Origin: Methylomonas koyamae
GTDB lineage: Bacteria > Pseudomonadota > Gammaproteobacteria > Methylococcales > Methylomonadaceae
Length of the DNA: 63,411 nt
Direction: 5' to 3'
NCBI GenBank assembly: GCA_945877625.1
Contig: CAMCSF010000001.1
Span: 1 to 63,411, forward strand
The notes under the pieces are model-generated. The model saw only the letters and a program-made list of their open reading frames with translations. It had not been told where the DNA came from and ran no database searches. Below, in pieces: positions 31,513 through 40,125 of the stretch (position 1 is its first letter; each line of letters opens with the position of its first letter). A program made the position numbers and the translations under genes.

Positions 31513-31582
31513 CCCCACCGCTTACAAGGCAGTGGGGCAACAATCCAACCCTCATCACTCACAAGGTGGTGGGGGTTTTTTT
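31513..31582 (+). terminator. Two related tandem hairpins; the second, with a T7 tract, is an intrinsic terminator of S-layer gene A
   Basis: CCCCACCGC-ttacaag-GCAGTGGGG, then AACCCTCATCACT-cacaa-GGTGGTGGGGGTTTTTTT. Confidence 0.8.
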
Positions 31583-31584
31583 AT

Positions 31585-31647
31585 AATGGGGTCAGACTCG
31601 ATTTAACAAGCCAACCCGAACCGAATTGTCAAATCGAGTCAGACCCC
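31585..31647. repeat. REP-like inverted repeat R2
   Basis: AATGGGGTCAGACTCGATTTAACAA...TTGTCAAATCGAGTCAGACCCC. Confidence 0.88.
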
Positions 31648-31711
31648 TAAATTCCTTGTGAAATTAGACGATAGCCGCTAATATCTCCCCTTACGGGAGA
31701 AAATCAAATCT

Positions 31712-32020
31712 ATGCGTATCATCGCGAAAAGCACTTTAAAAAAGTTTTGGGAACAACCCAAGTACAGCGATTCAAAAGCGCCATTGGAAAGTTGGCACGA
31801 TGAAGTATCCAATGCAACCTGGACTTCGCCACAAGCTATTAAAGAACAATATAGAAATGCCAGTATCTGTGCGAATAACCGCGTTGTTTTCAATATTGCC
31901 GGCAACAAATATCGGTTGGTAGTTGAAATGCAGTATAGAGCAAACATTGCATGGGTAAAGTTTATTGGCACCCATGAGCAATATGACAAGATTGATGTGG
32001 AGAGCGTAAATGAATATTAA
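31712..32020 (+). CDS. higB: HigB-family toxin (RelE-like)
   Basis: MRIIAKSTLKKFW, RVVFNIAGNKYRLV, FIGTHEQYDKID. Confidence 0.92.
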   Translation: MRIIAKSTLKKFWEQPKYSDSKAPLESWHDEVSNATWTSPQAIKEQYRNASICANNRVVFNIAGNKYRLVVEMQYRANIAWVKFIGTHEQYDKIDVESVNEY

Positions 32021-32387
32021 ACCAATCCGTAACGATGAAGACCTAGCACTTGCATTTAAGCGTCTGGAGACTATTTTCCAAGCTGATGAAGGAACAGAAG
32101 AAGCGGATGAAATGGAGGTTCTGGTGGCATTGGTAGAGAGCTATGAAAATAAGCATTACCCCATTAATGCGCCGGATCCTATCGATGCGATCAGGTTTCG
32201 TATGGAGCAGCAAGGTCTTACGCCACGCGATCTTGAGGCTTATATTGGTTCCAGCGGTCGTGTTTCAGAAGTGCTAAACCGAAAACGATCCCTCAGTCTG
32301 CGTATGATTAAACGCTTGCATGATGGTTTGCGCATTCCCTATGCCAGTCTGATGTCGGGTGAAACCAATGGGGTCAGACTCGATTGA
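32010..32387 (+). CDS. higA: HigA-family antitoxin
   Basis: IKPIRNDED, YENKHYPI..PDPIDAIRFRMEQ, HTH RVSEVLNRKRSLSL. Confidence 0.92.
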   Translation: MNIKPIRNDEDLALAFKRLETIFQADEGTEEADEMEVLVALVESYENKHYPINAPDPIDAIRFRMEQQGLTPRDLEAYIGSSGRVSEVLNRKRSLSLRMIKRLHDGLRIPYASLMSGETNGVRLD

Positions 32388-32414
32388 TGAAAACCAATCG
32401 AGTCTGACCCCATT
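32367..32414. repeat. REP-like perfect 20-bp inverted repeat R3
   Basis: AATGGGGTCAGACTCGATTG-atgaaaac-CAATCGAGTCTGACCCCATT. Confidence 0.92.
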
Positions 32415-33545
32415 CAATTAGGTGATTCGGTTGTAGTCATTAATACAAATTATGGTGCTGTATTTGTTGAATTGTTTCAGACTCAGGCACCCAAAACAGT
32501 TGCTAATTTTTTATCGTATGTCAATCAAGGTTTTTACAGTAACACCTTGTTTCACCGCGTGGATTTGGCAAATGAAGTGGTTCAAGGCGGTGGCTATCAG
32601 GTTGTCAATTCGTCTTTGCAATTGAAACCCACTTCTGCGCCAATTGCTATTGAGAACACGGGCTATAAAAATACACTGGGCACAATAGGTATGGCTCGTA
32701 CATCCGATCCGAATTCAGCGACTTCACAGTTTTATTTTAATCTTACTGATAACCCTGGTTTTGATGGTAACGGTAGCACTACCGGATACACGGTATTTGG
32801 TACTGTTATCGGTGGCTGGAAAGTGGTGCAGTCAATTTCACAAGCAATGACTTATGATGCGCCTTATCAAACCTTTCCCTATACCACAGTCAATATTTTA
32901 TCGTCATCAGCGTATAGCAATCCGACTGTTACAACTAGTGATACTAGCTATCAGATAAAGACTGTTTCTTTTCTCGGTAATACGCCTATTGTGGTTTTAA
33001 CGGGGCAACGTGGTGATTTCAGCATACTTTCCAATACTGATGGTAGTTTGGATATTCAAAACATTACCGGAAATTTTGCCTCTGTTCATATCAGCAATGT
33101 TGATAGGGTGGTGTTTTATAGCCCAAACACTAATAGCTATGGGAATGGGTTAGCCTATGATTTGCACGGCAATGCGGGGAAAATCGCTGAATTGATTGGT
33201 TCTGCTTTTGGGCGTTCTTTTATTAGCGTGGCTAATTATGTGTCTATAGGGCTTCAATGTCTTGAGCAAGACAAAATGAGCTATACGCAATTGTGTGATT
33301 TGGTAGTTGCAACGCCTTTGTTTAAACAATTGGCGGGCGGTTCTGATAACGCGGCTTTTGTAAATCTTGTTTACAAAAACGTAGTGGGGCAAGCGCCTGA
33401 TGCGAATTCTTTAGCTTACTTTACGGGCTTGTTGGATAACCATTCCTACACCCAAGGTCAATTACTTGAATTAGCGACACATAGTTCAGACATGATGATT
33501 GATCTAGTGGGATTAAGCCATACAGGTATTCAATTTGGCTTTTGA
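32391..33545 (+). CDS. Cyclophilin-type PPIase fused to a DUF4214-like surface domain; 5' end uncertain
   Basis: APKTVANF, FHRV, QGGG, MART..PNSATSQFYFN, YTVFG. The frame is open from 32391 and includes the first cyclophilin strand VVINTNYGAVFVEL, upstream of the called TTG at 32472. Confidence 0.8.
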   Translation, partial: KPIESDPIQLGDSVVVINTNYGAVFVELFQTQAPKTVANFLSYVNQGFYSNTLFHRVDLANEVVQGGGYQVVNSSLQLKPTSAPIAIENTGYKNTLGTIGMARTSDPNSATSQFYFNLTDNPGFDGNGSTTGYTVFGTVIGGWKVVQSISQAMTYDAPYQTFPYTTVNILSSSAYSNPTVTTSDTSYQIKTVSFLGNTPIVVLTGQRGDFSILSNTDGSLDIQNITGNFASVHISNVDRVVFYSPNTNSYGNGLAYDLHGNAGKIAELIGSAFGRSFISVANYVSIGLQCLEQDKMSYTQLCDLVVATPLFKQLAGGSDNAAFVNLVYKNVVGQAPDANSLAYFTGLLDNHSYTQGQLLELATHSSDMMIDLVGLSHTGIQFGF

Positions 33546-33568
33546 ATGGGGTCAGACTCGATTGAAAT
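33545..33568 (+). repeat. REP-like single arm R4
   Basis: AATGGGGTCAGACTCGATTGAAAT, overlapping the cyclophilin stop codon. Confidence 0.88.
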
Positions 33569-33621
33569 AGTTAAAAACCAACTATGCTTTCTGTCTTAAT
33601 GAACCTTGTTAGGAGAAAAGC

Positions 33622-34323
33622 ATGGCACGTCATCCTCGTTTTGTTATACCGGGTCAGCCTCAGCATGTGATTCAGCGTGGTAATAATCGGGAGGTTATAT
33701 TTGTTGCTAGAGATGATTATGAGTTTTATCTTGATAAATTAGAGGATGCTTGTCGGCAATATGATTGCGCTGTTCATGCTTATGTGTTGATGACTAATCA
33801 TGTTCATATTTTGCTAACACCCCAGTCGGAGCGTGGTATCAGTCAAGTTATGCAGTCATTGGGGCGATGTTATGTTCGATATTTTAATGGCCGATATAAG
33901 CGAACAGGTACCTTATGGGAAGGTCGTTATAAGGCTACGGTGATTGATAGCGAACGGTATTTGTTGACTTGCTATCGGTATATTGAGCTAAACCCTGTGC
34001 GTGCTGGGATGGTTGCGCATCCTGCTGATTACGTTTGGTCAAGCTATGGTTTTAATGGGTTAGGAAAGAACAGTTCGTTGGTTAGGCCTCACCCTGTGTA
34101 TCTTGCATTAGGTAAAGGGGATGGCGGTTGTGCACTGAATTATAAGGCTTTGTTTGATAGACCTATTTTGGAAGCAGGTTTGGAGGCCATTCGGGATGCG
34201 ACTAATAAGGCTTGGGTGCTGGGGGAGGGGCGATTTACAGAGCAGATCGAAAAGCTATCTAAACGTCAGGCTAAGCCCAAACCTCGCGGTGGAAAGAGGC
34301 GTGTAAAATCAGTCGATATTTGA
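33622..34323 (+). CDS. Y1 HUH transposase (RAYT/TnpA-REP-like, IS200/IS605 superfamily)
   Basis: HVIQRGNNR, YVLMTNHVH (HUH), LWEGRY, RYIELNPVRAG, WSSY. Confidence 0.9.
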   Translation: MARHPRFVIPGQPQHVIQRGNNREVIFVARDDYEFYLDKLEDACRQYDCAVHAYVLMTNHVHILLTPQSERGISQVMQSLGRCYVRYFNGRYKRTGTLWEGRYKATVIDSERYLLTCYRYIELNPVRAGMVAHPADYVWSSYGFNGLGKNSSLVRPHPVYLALGKGDGGCALNYKALFDRPILEAGLEAIRDATNKAWVLGEGRFTEQIEKLSKRQAKPKPRGGKRRVKSVDI

Positions 34324-34362
34324 TTTAAACGTTGTAAATTACTTAACAACAGGAGATAAAAA

Positions 34363-34572
34363 ATGGCAATTATTAACATCGACAACGTCGATTATGATAC
34401 CGATAACCTATCAGCAGAAGCAAAAGCTCAATTAGCTAGTTTGAGCTTTGCTGATCAGGAAATTGCTCGATTAAATGGCCAATTGGCTATGGCGCAAACC
34501 GCTAGAATTGCATATGCCAATGCGCTGAAGGCTTCGTTGACAGTAAGTACCGAAGGATTGACGATTGGGTAG
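34363..34572 (+). CDS. Small coiled-coil protein (DUF6447-like), copy 1
   Basis: IDNVDYDTDNLS..QTAR.AY.NALKA; strong AGGAG RBS; paralog at 39899-40099. Confidence 0.8.
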   Translation: MAIINIDNVDYDTDNLSAEAKAQLASLSFADQEIARLNGQLAMAQTARIAYANALKASLTVSTEGLTIG

Positions 34573-34575
34573 TGC

Positions 34576-34617
34576 AATGGGGTCAGACTCGATTGTATTT
34601 CAATCGAGTCTGACCCC
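34576..34617. repeat. REP-like inverted repeat R5
   Basis: AATGGGGTCAGACTCGATTG-tattt-CAATCGAGTCTGACCCC. Confidence 0.92.
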
Positions 34618-35622
34618 TTTATAAGCGTCAAAAAGCTTGCGTAAGGCGGTGTCCATGTCGATTTTCGGTGTCCAAGCTAAATCTTGTTGGATGTTGTCAA
34701 TTCGCGGTACTCGGCGTGTGGTGTCTTGATAGCCGACACCGTAATACTGTTCTCCCGATGTTAATTCCAGCGTTACCTTCGCTGCGGCGTCGACATAATC
34801 TGGGTACTCTAAAGCGATAGCCAGCATTTGCGCTGCCAGTTCGGCTATCGACAAATCATTGGCGGGATTACCTATGTTGTAAATTTTGCCATTGGCGATT
34901 TGTTGCGGATTTTCGATAATCGTTATCAGCGCGTCGATGCCGTCTGAAATATCGGTAAAACACCGTCTTTGCTCTCCACCATCGACCAATTGAATGGTTT
35001 CGCCTTGCAGAATGTGGCCTAGAAATTGCGACACCACTCGGCTTGAGCCTTCTTTAAGGTCGTTGATGGAATCTAGTCCAGAGCCTATCCAATTGAAGGG
35101 TCGAAACAGGGTAAATTTGAGTCCCTCTTGCTGGCCATAGGCAAAAATCACCCGATCCATTAGCTGTTTAGAACAGGCGTAGATCCAGCGTGATTTTGCA
35201 ATCGGCCCGTAAACGAGCGACGAGTTTTCGGAGTCAAATTCATCATCAGCACTCATGCCATACACTTCGGATGTCGATGGGAAAATCAGGCGTTTTTGGT
35301 AGCGCACCGCGGCGCGGACTATCGGCAAATTGGCTTCAAAATCGAGTTCAAAGACTCTAAGCGGGTCTTTTATATAGGTTGCGGGAGTTGCAATGGCGAC
35401 CAATGGCATGATGACATCGCATTTTTTGATGTGGTATTCAATCCATTCACGATTGATGGTGATGTCGCCTTCGAAAAAGTGGAATCGCGGGTGTTGAATT
35501 TCGTCTGTAATCCGGTCGGTGTTAATGTCCATGCCGTAGACGTCCCAATCGGTGGTGTCGAGGATACGTCGTGATAAATGATGTCCGATAAAGCCGTTTA
35601 CACCCAATATGAGGATTTTCAT
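34600..35622 (-). CDS. Stand-alone ArnA C-terminal-like UDP-glucuronate dehydrogenase/decarboxylase
   Basis: ILGVNGFIGHHL, PLVAIATP..Y..DPLRVFELDFE.NL, RWIYACSKQL, FRPFNW. Confidence 0.9.
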   Translation of the reverse strand: MKILILGVNGFIGHHLSRRILDTTDWDVYGMDINTDRITDEIQHPRFHFFEGDITINREWIEYHIKKCDVIMPLVAIATPATYIKDPLRVFELDFEANLPIVRAAVRYQKRLIFPSTSEVYGMSADDEFDSENSSLVYGPIAKSRWIYACSKQLMDRVIFAYGQQEGLKFTLFRPFNWIGSGLDSINDLKEGSSRVVSQFLGHILQGETIQLVDGGEQRRCFTDISDGIDALITIIENPQQIANGKIYNIGNPANDLSIAELAAQMLAIALEYPDYVDAAAKVTLELTSGEQYYGVGYQDTTRRVPRIDNIQQDLAWTPKIDMDTALRKLFDAYKGVRLD

Positions 35623-35633
35623 AATTTAATCAA

Positions 35634-36764
35634 TTACTTGGAATTAAATGTCACAAGACATGTTTCAATAGCCTGACAAACCCGATCAACGTCGGCATCC
35701 GTCATCGCGGGAAATAATGGCAGGGTGACAATCCGCTCGGCGATGTCCTCGGCGATGGGGAAATCGCCACGGGCGTAGCCGATGGTTCGGTACAGCGAAA
35801 ACAGGTGAATGGCTGGATAATGAACGCCTAGCCCTATGCCTTGTGAGCGCATTTTTTCGATGAAGCGAGCGCGATTGATGCCTAAAGGCAGCAATACTTG
35901 GAACATATGCCAGTTACTCTGGCCGTTGTCGGGCGGCGGTAGTTGTAGCCCCCATTCTGGCCGGATTTGTTCGAAGTAACGATGAGCTAACAAGCGACGA
36001 CGGGCGGTGATTAAATCCAACTGTTGCAATTGGCCTAAACCAATAGCCGCGGCGATGTCGGTCATATTGGACTTGTATCCCAACACAGCAACATCCATCA
36101 CACCATCCCGCCCACGCTTCACACCTTGTAAACGCAGTTGTTCGCAGAGTGCTGGGTCGATGTCTGGCGGCAGCACCAAAGCACCGCCTTCGCCGGTAGT
36201 GAGATTTTTATTGGCATGAAAGCTAAAGGCGACAAAATCACCGATTGCCCCTATTCGTTGCTGTTGCCAAACCGCACCCATTGATTGCGCGGCGTCTTCA
36301 ATCACGCGCAGATGGTTTTGGCGGGCGATTTCATACAAACGATTGCGGTCAACCGGTAAACCAGCCAAATCAACCGGCATAATGGCGCGGGTTTGCGGGG
36401 TTAGCGCTGGTTCGATTAAGGCCAAGTCGATATTACGGCTGGCAAAATCGACATCGACAAATGCGACTTTGGCACCGGCTTCTAGGATGACGTTTGAGGT
36501 TGCTACCCAGCTTAAAGGCGTAGTGATGACCTGATCGCCTTCGCCGATGTTGGCTAATCGCAATGCCATCCTCAGCGCCGCCGTCCCTGAATTCATCACT
36601 TTGACAATGCGTTGGCCCAATAAAGCCGACAAGGCGGTTTCAAATGCCTGTACCTTGGCACCGCTAGTCAACCACCCCGAACGCAACACCTCGACCACCG
36701 CCGCAATCGTTGCTTCATCTAACGATGGCTGGGTAAAAGGCAAAAAATGCTTAGACTCGTTCAC
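35634..36764 (-). CDS. DegT/ArnB-family PLP sugar aminotransferase
   Basis: FLPFTQP, SGWLTSG, IEDAAQ, FSFHANKNLTTGEGG. GTG start at 36764 overlaps the upstream stop. Confidence 0.9.
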   Translation of the reverse strand: MNESKHFLPFTQPSLDEATIAAVVEVLRSGWLTSGAKVQAFETALSALLGQRIVKVMNSGTAALRMALRLANIGEGDQVITTPLSWVATSNVILEAGAKVAFVDVDFASRNIDLALIEPALTPQTRAIMPVDLAGLPVDRNRLYEIARQNHLRVIEDAAQSMGAVWQQQRIGAIGDFVAFSFHANKNLTTGEGGALVLPPDIDPALCEQLRLQGVKRGRDGVMDVAVLGYKSNMTDIAAAIGLGQLQQLDLITARRRLLAHRYFEQIRPEWGLQLPPPDNGQSNWHMFQVLLPLGINRARFIEKMRSQGIGLGVHYPAIHLFSLYRTIGYARGDFPIAEDIAERIVTLPLFPAMTDADVDRVCQAIETCLVTFNSK

Positions 36765-37612
36765 GATAACCCCGCCAATCCCAAACGCTGACGCACGGCT
36801 GAACAATCGGCTAAGGGCCGCTCCAGCTCTGCCGCGATACGTTTAATGCGCTGGATTAACTTGGGGTTATCGGCCAATTCGGTTCGACCTGTATCCATCC
36901 AAAGATTATCTTCTAAGCCAACCCGCACCCCATCAGCCGACAATAAGCCCATCATATTGGCGCGTAATTGTTGCCGACCAATACCGGCCACCGAGCAAAC
37001 TGCACCGTCTGGTAACAGTGAGCGCATCACCGCCAATTGCAATTCATCGACTTGAGCGCCAGCAATATTGCCTAATAGCAAATTGGCATAAAACGGCCCA
37101 ACAACCAGCCCTTCGCGGATTAAGACCTGTAAAAAATTCGCCATCCCTAAATCAAAAATCTCCAACTCGGGGCGAATGCCTTGTTCAAGCATGCGCTGGG
37201 CTAAGCGTCGGATGGTTTGCGGTGGGTTGATGCTGGCTTGTTGAATAAAGTTAAGTGAACTGAGGGTTAGACTGGCCATGTCGGGTTTCATCAAGCCATC
37301 TAATTCCAACACCCGCGCTCTTGACTCGAAGCTGGCGTCTTGTCGGCCACTGGTTGAGACGCACAAAATCACCTCGCGCCCACCGGGTAACATTCGAATC
37401 GCTTCAATCAATCGCCCGTAACGCTCTGGATCGGCTGAGTGATGGCCGTCTTTATCGCGTGCATGTAAATGCACAATTTGCACGCCCAGTTCTAAACAAC
37501 GGGCAACGTCATCGACAATCTCATCATGTGACAACGGTACATGGGGATTCATGCTGTGGGTCGGCACTAAACCGGTCCCCGCTAGATTAATGATGTAGGG
37601 CAATGGGCTCAT
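36761..37612 (-). CDS. BKACE / 3-keto-5-aminohexanoate cleavage enzyme family (DUF849)
   Basis: NPHVPLS, IVHLHAR, STSGR, PELEIFDLGM, VRVGLEDN. Confidence 0.88.
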   Translation of the reverse strand: MSPLPYIINLAGTGLVPTHSMNPHVPLSHDEIVDDVARCLELGVQIVHLHARDKDGHHSADPERYGRLIEAIRMLPGGREVILCVSTSGRQDASFESRARVLELDGLMKPDMASLTLSSLNFIQQASINPPQTIRRLAQRMLEQGIRPELEIFDLGMANFLQVLIREGLVVGPFYANLLLGNIAGAQVDELQLAVMRSLLPDGAVCSVAGIGRQQLRANMMGLLSADGVRVGLEDNLWMDTGRTELADNPKLIQRIKRIAAELERPLADCSAVRQRLGLAGLS

Positions 37613-38310
37613 GCTAACGGCTGCCCATTAGACAGCTGTTTACGAATCGTTGCCGGCACGCCAGCCACCATCACTGCATCGGGAATATCTTTCAATACCA
37701 CCGCCCCGCCGGCAATCACAACGTCATGCCCAATCCGCAGCCGCTCCAATAAAGTAGCGCCGAGCCCAACCGTCACACCTTCCCCCAACACCGACAGCCC
37801 ACCTAAATTGGCACCTGGCTGAATCCGTGAAAAGGCACCGATCAGATTGTCGTGGCCAATGGTGACACCGCGATTGACAAACACATGGGGCTGTAAGGTT
37901 GTGCCGGGCGCAATCACCGAATTAGCGCCAACAAACACGCCCTCCTCTAAGTTCGCTAATGCGGAGACATAGGCGGTCTTGTGTATCAAGGTATGAAAAC
38001 GTAAACCCCATTGCGCTTCTAACCAATCCGCCAAACGTCTGCGGGTCGGCGTGGTGGGGCCTAGCAGATATTTTTCACCGGCGATTGGGACAAAATCTTG
38101 TAACTGTATGACTTCGGGGATAGCACAAATCGCCGCCAGTTGTTGCAGGCGCTGAGCTAAAGGCAAATCACGCGGCCCAACCTGTTCAGCATCGTCAATC
38201 ACGATTTTGCTCGGCAATAAGCCTGTCGAGAGCGCGGCATCAAACACATCAGAGAGGATATTACTCAGCCCGAAAATCACTAAAGGGGTCGCTTGTTCTG
38301 GTGTTTTCAT
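37609..38310 (-). CDS. Left-handed beta-helix sugar acyltransferase (NeuD/PglD-like)
   Basis: TLIH..AYVS, hexapeptide repeats, IGHD, GVPA. Confidence 0.85.
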   Translation of the reverse strand: MKTPEQATPLVIFGLSNILSDVFDAALSTGLLPSKIVIDDAEQVGPRDLPLAQRLQQLAAICAIPEVIQLQDFVPIAGEKYLLGPTTPTRRRLADWLEAQWGLRFHTLIHKTAYVSALANLEEGVFVGANSVIAPGTTLQPHVFVNRGVTIGHDNLIGAFSRIQPGANLGGLSVLGEGVTVGLGATLLERLRIGHDVVIAGGAVVLKDIPDAVMVAGVPATIRKQLSNGQPLA

Positions 38311-38341
38311 ATCGCTATCAGCATCGGAGTGAGGGAATCAG

Positions 38342-39871
38342 TCATTTTTGTAGGCGTTTAGCCGCGACCTTGCAAGTGGTTTCCAGCGCGGCTTTTAAGC
38401 TATCGCCCGCCTGTGCTAAATCTAAATCGCGATTAAAGCGTTCGCGTAAGACTTCACCAAACGCTTGACGCTCTGCTTTATGCGCAGTCAATTCCGACAG
38501 CAAATGGATATATTGCTGCTGTGTCGCTACCGCCTGCGCCCCGACCTTATGACCACCATCTGAGTTTGCAAAACTCACCACCGGCAAGCCTTGGCCCATC
38601 GCCTCGGCGACACTAAAACCGCCACCGATTCGCGGCGGGTTGAGATAAATGTCGGCAATATCGAGCAAAGCCACGACATCGGTTCGATAGCCCAAGACAT
38701 GGATGCGCTCACTACTTACGCCATTTAATTCAGCGGGCAGGCTGTCTATTCCGACTAATAACCAATGCACTTTGCCGCAATGATCGAGCAGATTGCTAAT
38801 CTCACTCGCCCAGCTTGCTGTGATTTCTTGGTTTAATCGTGCGCCGACACTAATCCAGATAACCGCATCGTCGGCAATACCAAAATCACTGCGTTGCAAC
38901 TGAGTCGGCGCTGGCGTTCTATTGATTCGATACGGGTAGTAATGGGTTTGGGTGGTGCCAAAACTTAAACCCCAAAACATTTCCGGCTCGATAGCAGGTT
39001 GCGGATCGGCACTAAGCCAAACATCGACCGGCTGCAACAATGGCAAGGCATGGACATTCAAACCCAGCACCGGATAATGCCGATACAAAGCGCCAACCAA
39101 TGGTGAATATAAGCCGCACAAAATAATCACATCTGGCGAAAACGCGTTGATCGCTGTCATCATCAATTGCCAACGTGACAGCATACTGAATCGGCTATCA
39201 CTGGCCGTCAGTTGAACCCCTTTAGGCAATACCGATTGCCAATACTCGGTATCGAATGGCGGTAGTTTGACTTCCAAGGTCGAACCGAAAAAAACCAGCG
39301 GGGTGGCGATGGTTAATTCCTGAGCACTAAAGATTTCTACTGTCATACCTTGCTCAACCAATAGCCTAGTTTGTGCGGCAACCAAGGCGCTCGGCGTATG
39401 TTGGCCGTTGCAAAGCTGTGTTGTTACCAATGCCACCCGCTGCGGTTGCTGGGTTGAGCGCCACTGCGATGGCGTCGATACTAAAGTTTGGGCGTGATTC
39501 GACAAGCGCTGGACAAGATAGGGCAAAGATAATTGCCGCAATAAATCCGCAAATTCATCAGACGAAGCGCCTTGGGTGATGACACTGCCCCAAGCGAAGG
39601 CATTGAAATCAGCAATACGATCGACAGCGAGTTTGGGGTTGTTTAACAACAGTCGCGCGGCCTGTATCCCGAATGCTTTGTCACCCGTTATGCTCCATAA
39701 AAAGGTTAGCCTTAAAAATTCGGCGTCTGGGTCTGGCGCTCGCCAGTCGATGAGCGGTTGTAAGGCTTGATCTCGAGACGAGGATAACAATATCGCATAC
39801 AAACTATGCCAAACCGCCGGTAATTGAGGATTGTTAAATACCTGCCTCAATGTGTCTGACAAAAGATCCAT
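38342..39871 (-). CDS. GT-B glycosyltransferase (GT4/GT41-like, possibly protein-glycosylating)
   Basis: ADIYLNPPRIGGGFSVAEAMGQGLPVV; helical N-terminus. Confidence 0.7.
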   Translation of the reverse strand: MDLLSDTLRQVFNNPQLPAVWHSLYAILLSSSRDQALQPLIDWRAPDPDAEFLRLTFLWSITGDKAFGIQAARLLLNNPKLAVDRIADFNAFAWGSVITQGASSDEFADLLRQLSLPYLVQRLSNHAQTLVSTPSQWRSTQQPQRVALVTTQLCNGQHTPSALVAAQTRLLVEQGMTVEIFSAQELTIATPLVFFGSTLEVKLPPFDTEYWQSVLPKGVQLTASDSRFSMLSRWQLMMTAINAFSPDVIILCGLYSPLVGALYRHYPVLGLNVHALPLLQPVDVWLSADPQPAIEPEMFWGLSFGTTQTHYYPYRINRTPAPTQLQRSDFGIADDAVIWISVGARLNQEITASWASEISNLLDHCGKVHWLLVGIDSLPAELNGVSSERIHVLGYRTDVVALLDIADIYLNPPRIGGGFSVAEAMGQGLPVVSFANSDGGHKVGAQAVATQQQYIHLLSELTAHKAERQAFGEVLRERFNRDLDLAQAGDSLKAALETTCKVAAKRLQK

Positions 39872-39898
39872 AAAATACTCGATACGAATAATTAGTGA

Positions 39899-40099
39899 TT
39901 AAATCGTATTTTCAGAGACCGGCAAACAGGCTTTCAAAGCATTAGAATAAATATTGCGCGCCGTCTGTGTGATTGCTAATTGATTATTCAAACGGTCAAT
40001 TTCTTGATCGGTTTTGTTTAGCATCATTAACTGTTGCGCCGCGAGTTCAGAGAGATTATCAGTATCATAATCAACATTATCAATGGTAATTTTTGACAT
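39899..40099 (-). CDS. Small coiled-coil protein (DUF6447-like), copy 2
   Basis: ITIDNVDYDTDNLS..DQEIDRLNNQLAITQTARNIYSNALKA. Confidence 0.8.
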   Translation of the reverse strand: MSKITIDNVDYDTDNLSELAAQQLMMLNKTDQEIDRLNNQLAITQTARNIYSNALKACLPVSENTI

Positions 40100-40125
40100 A
40101 TTTACTTCTATAATGAATTGAGCTG

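Noticed and set aside
34305-34325. Possible degenerate repeat arm (AAATCAGTCGATATTTGA) at the transposase 3' end
   Set aside because: Position is suggestive but there are too many mismatches to count it.
31457-34617. CRISPR array or integron attC interpretation of the 20-bp repeats
   Set aside because: Arms occur as inverted pairs separated by whole genes, not as direct repeats with ~30-40-nt spacers. No cas genes, no RYYYAAC/GTTRRRY attC ends and no IntI-type integrase are evident.
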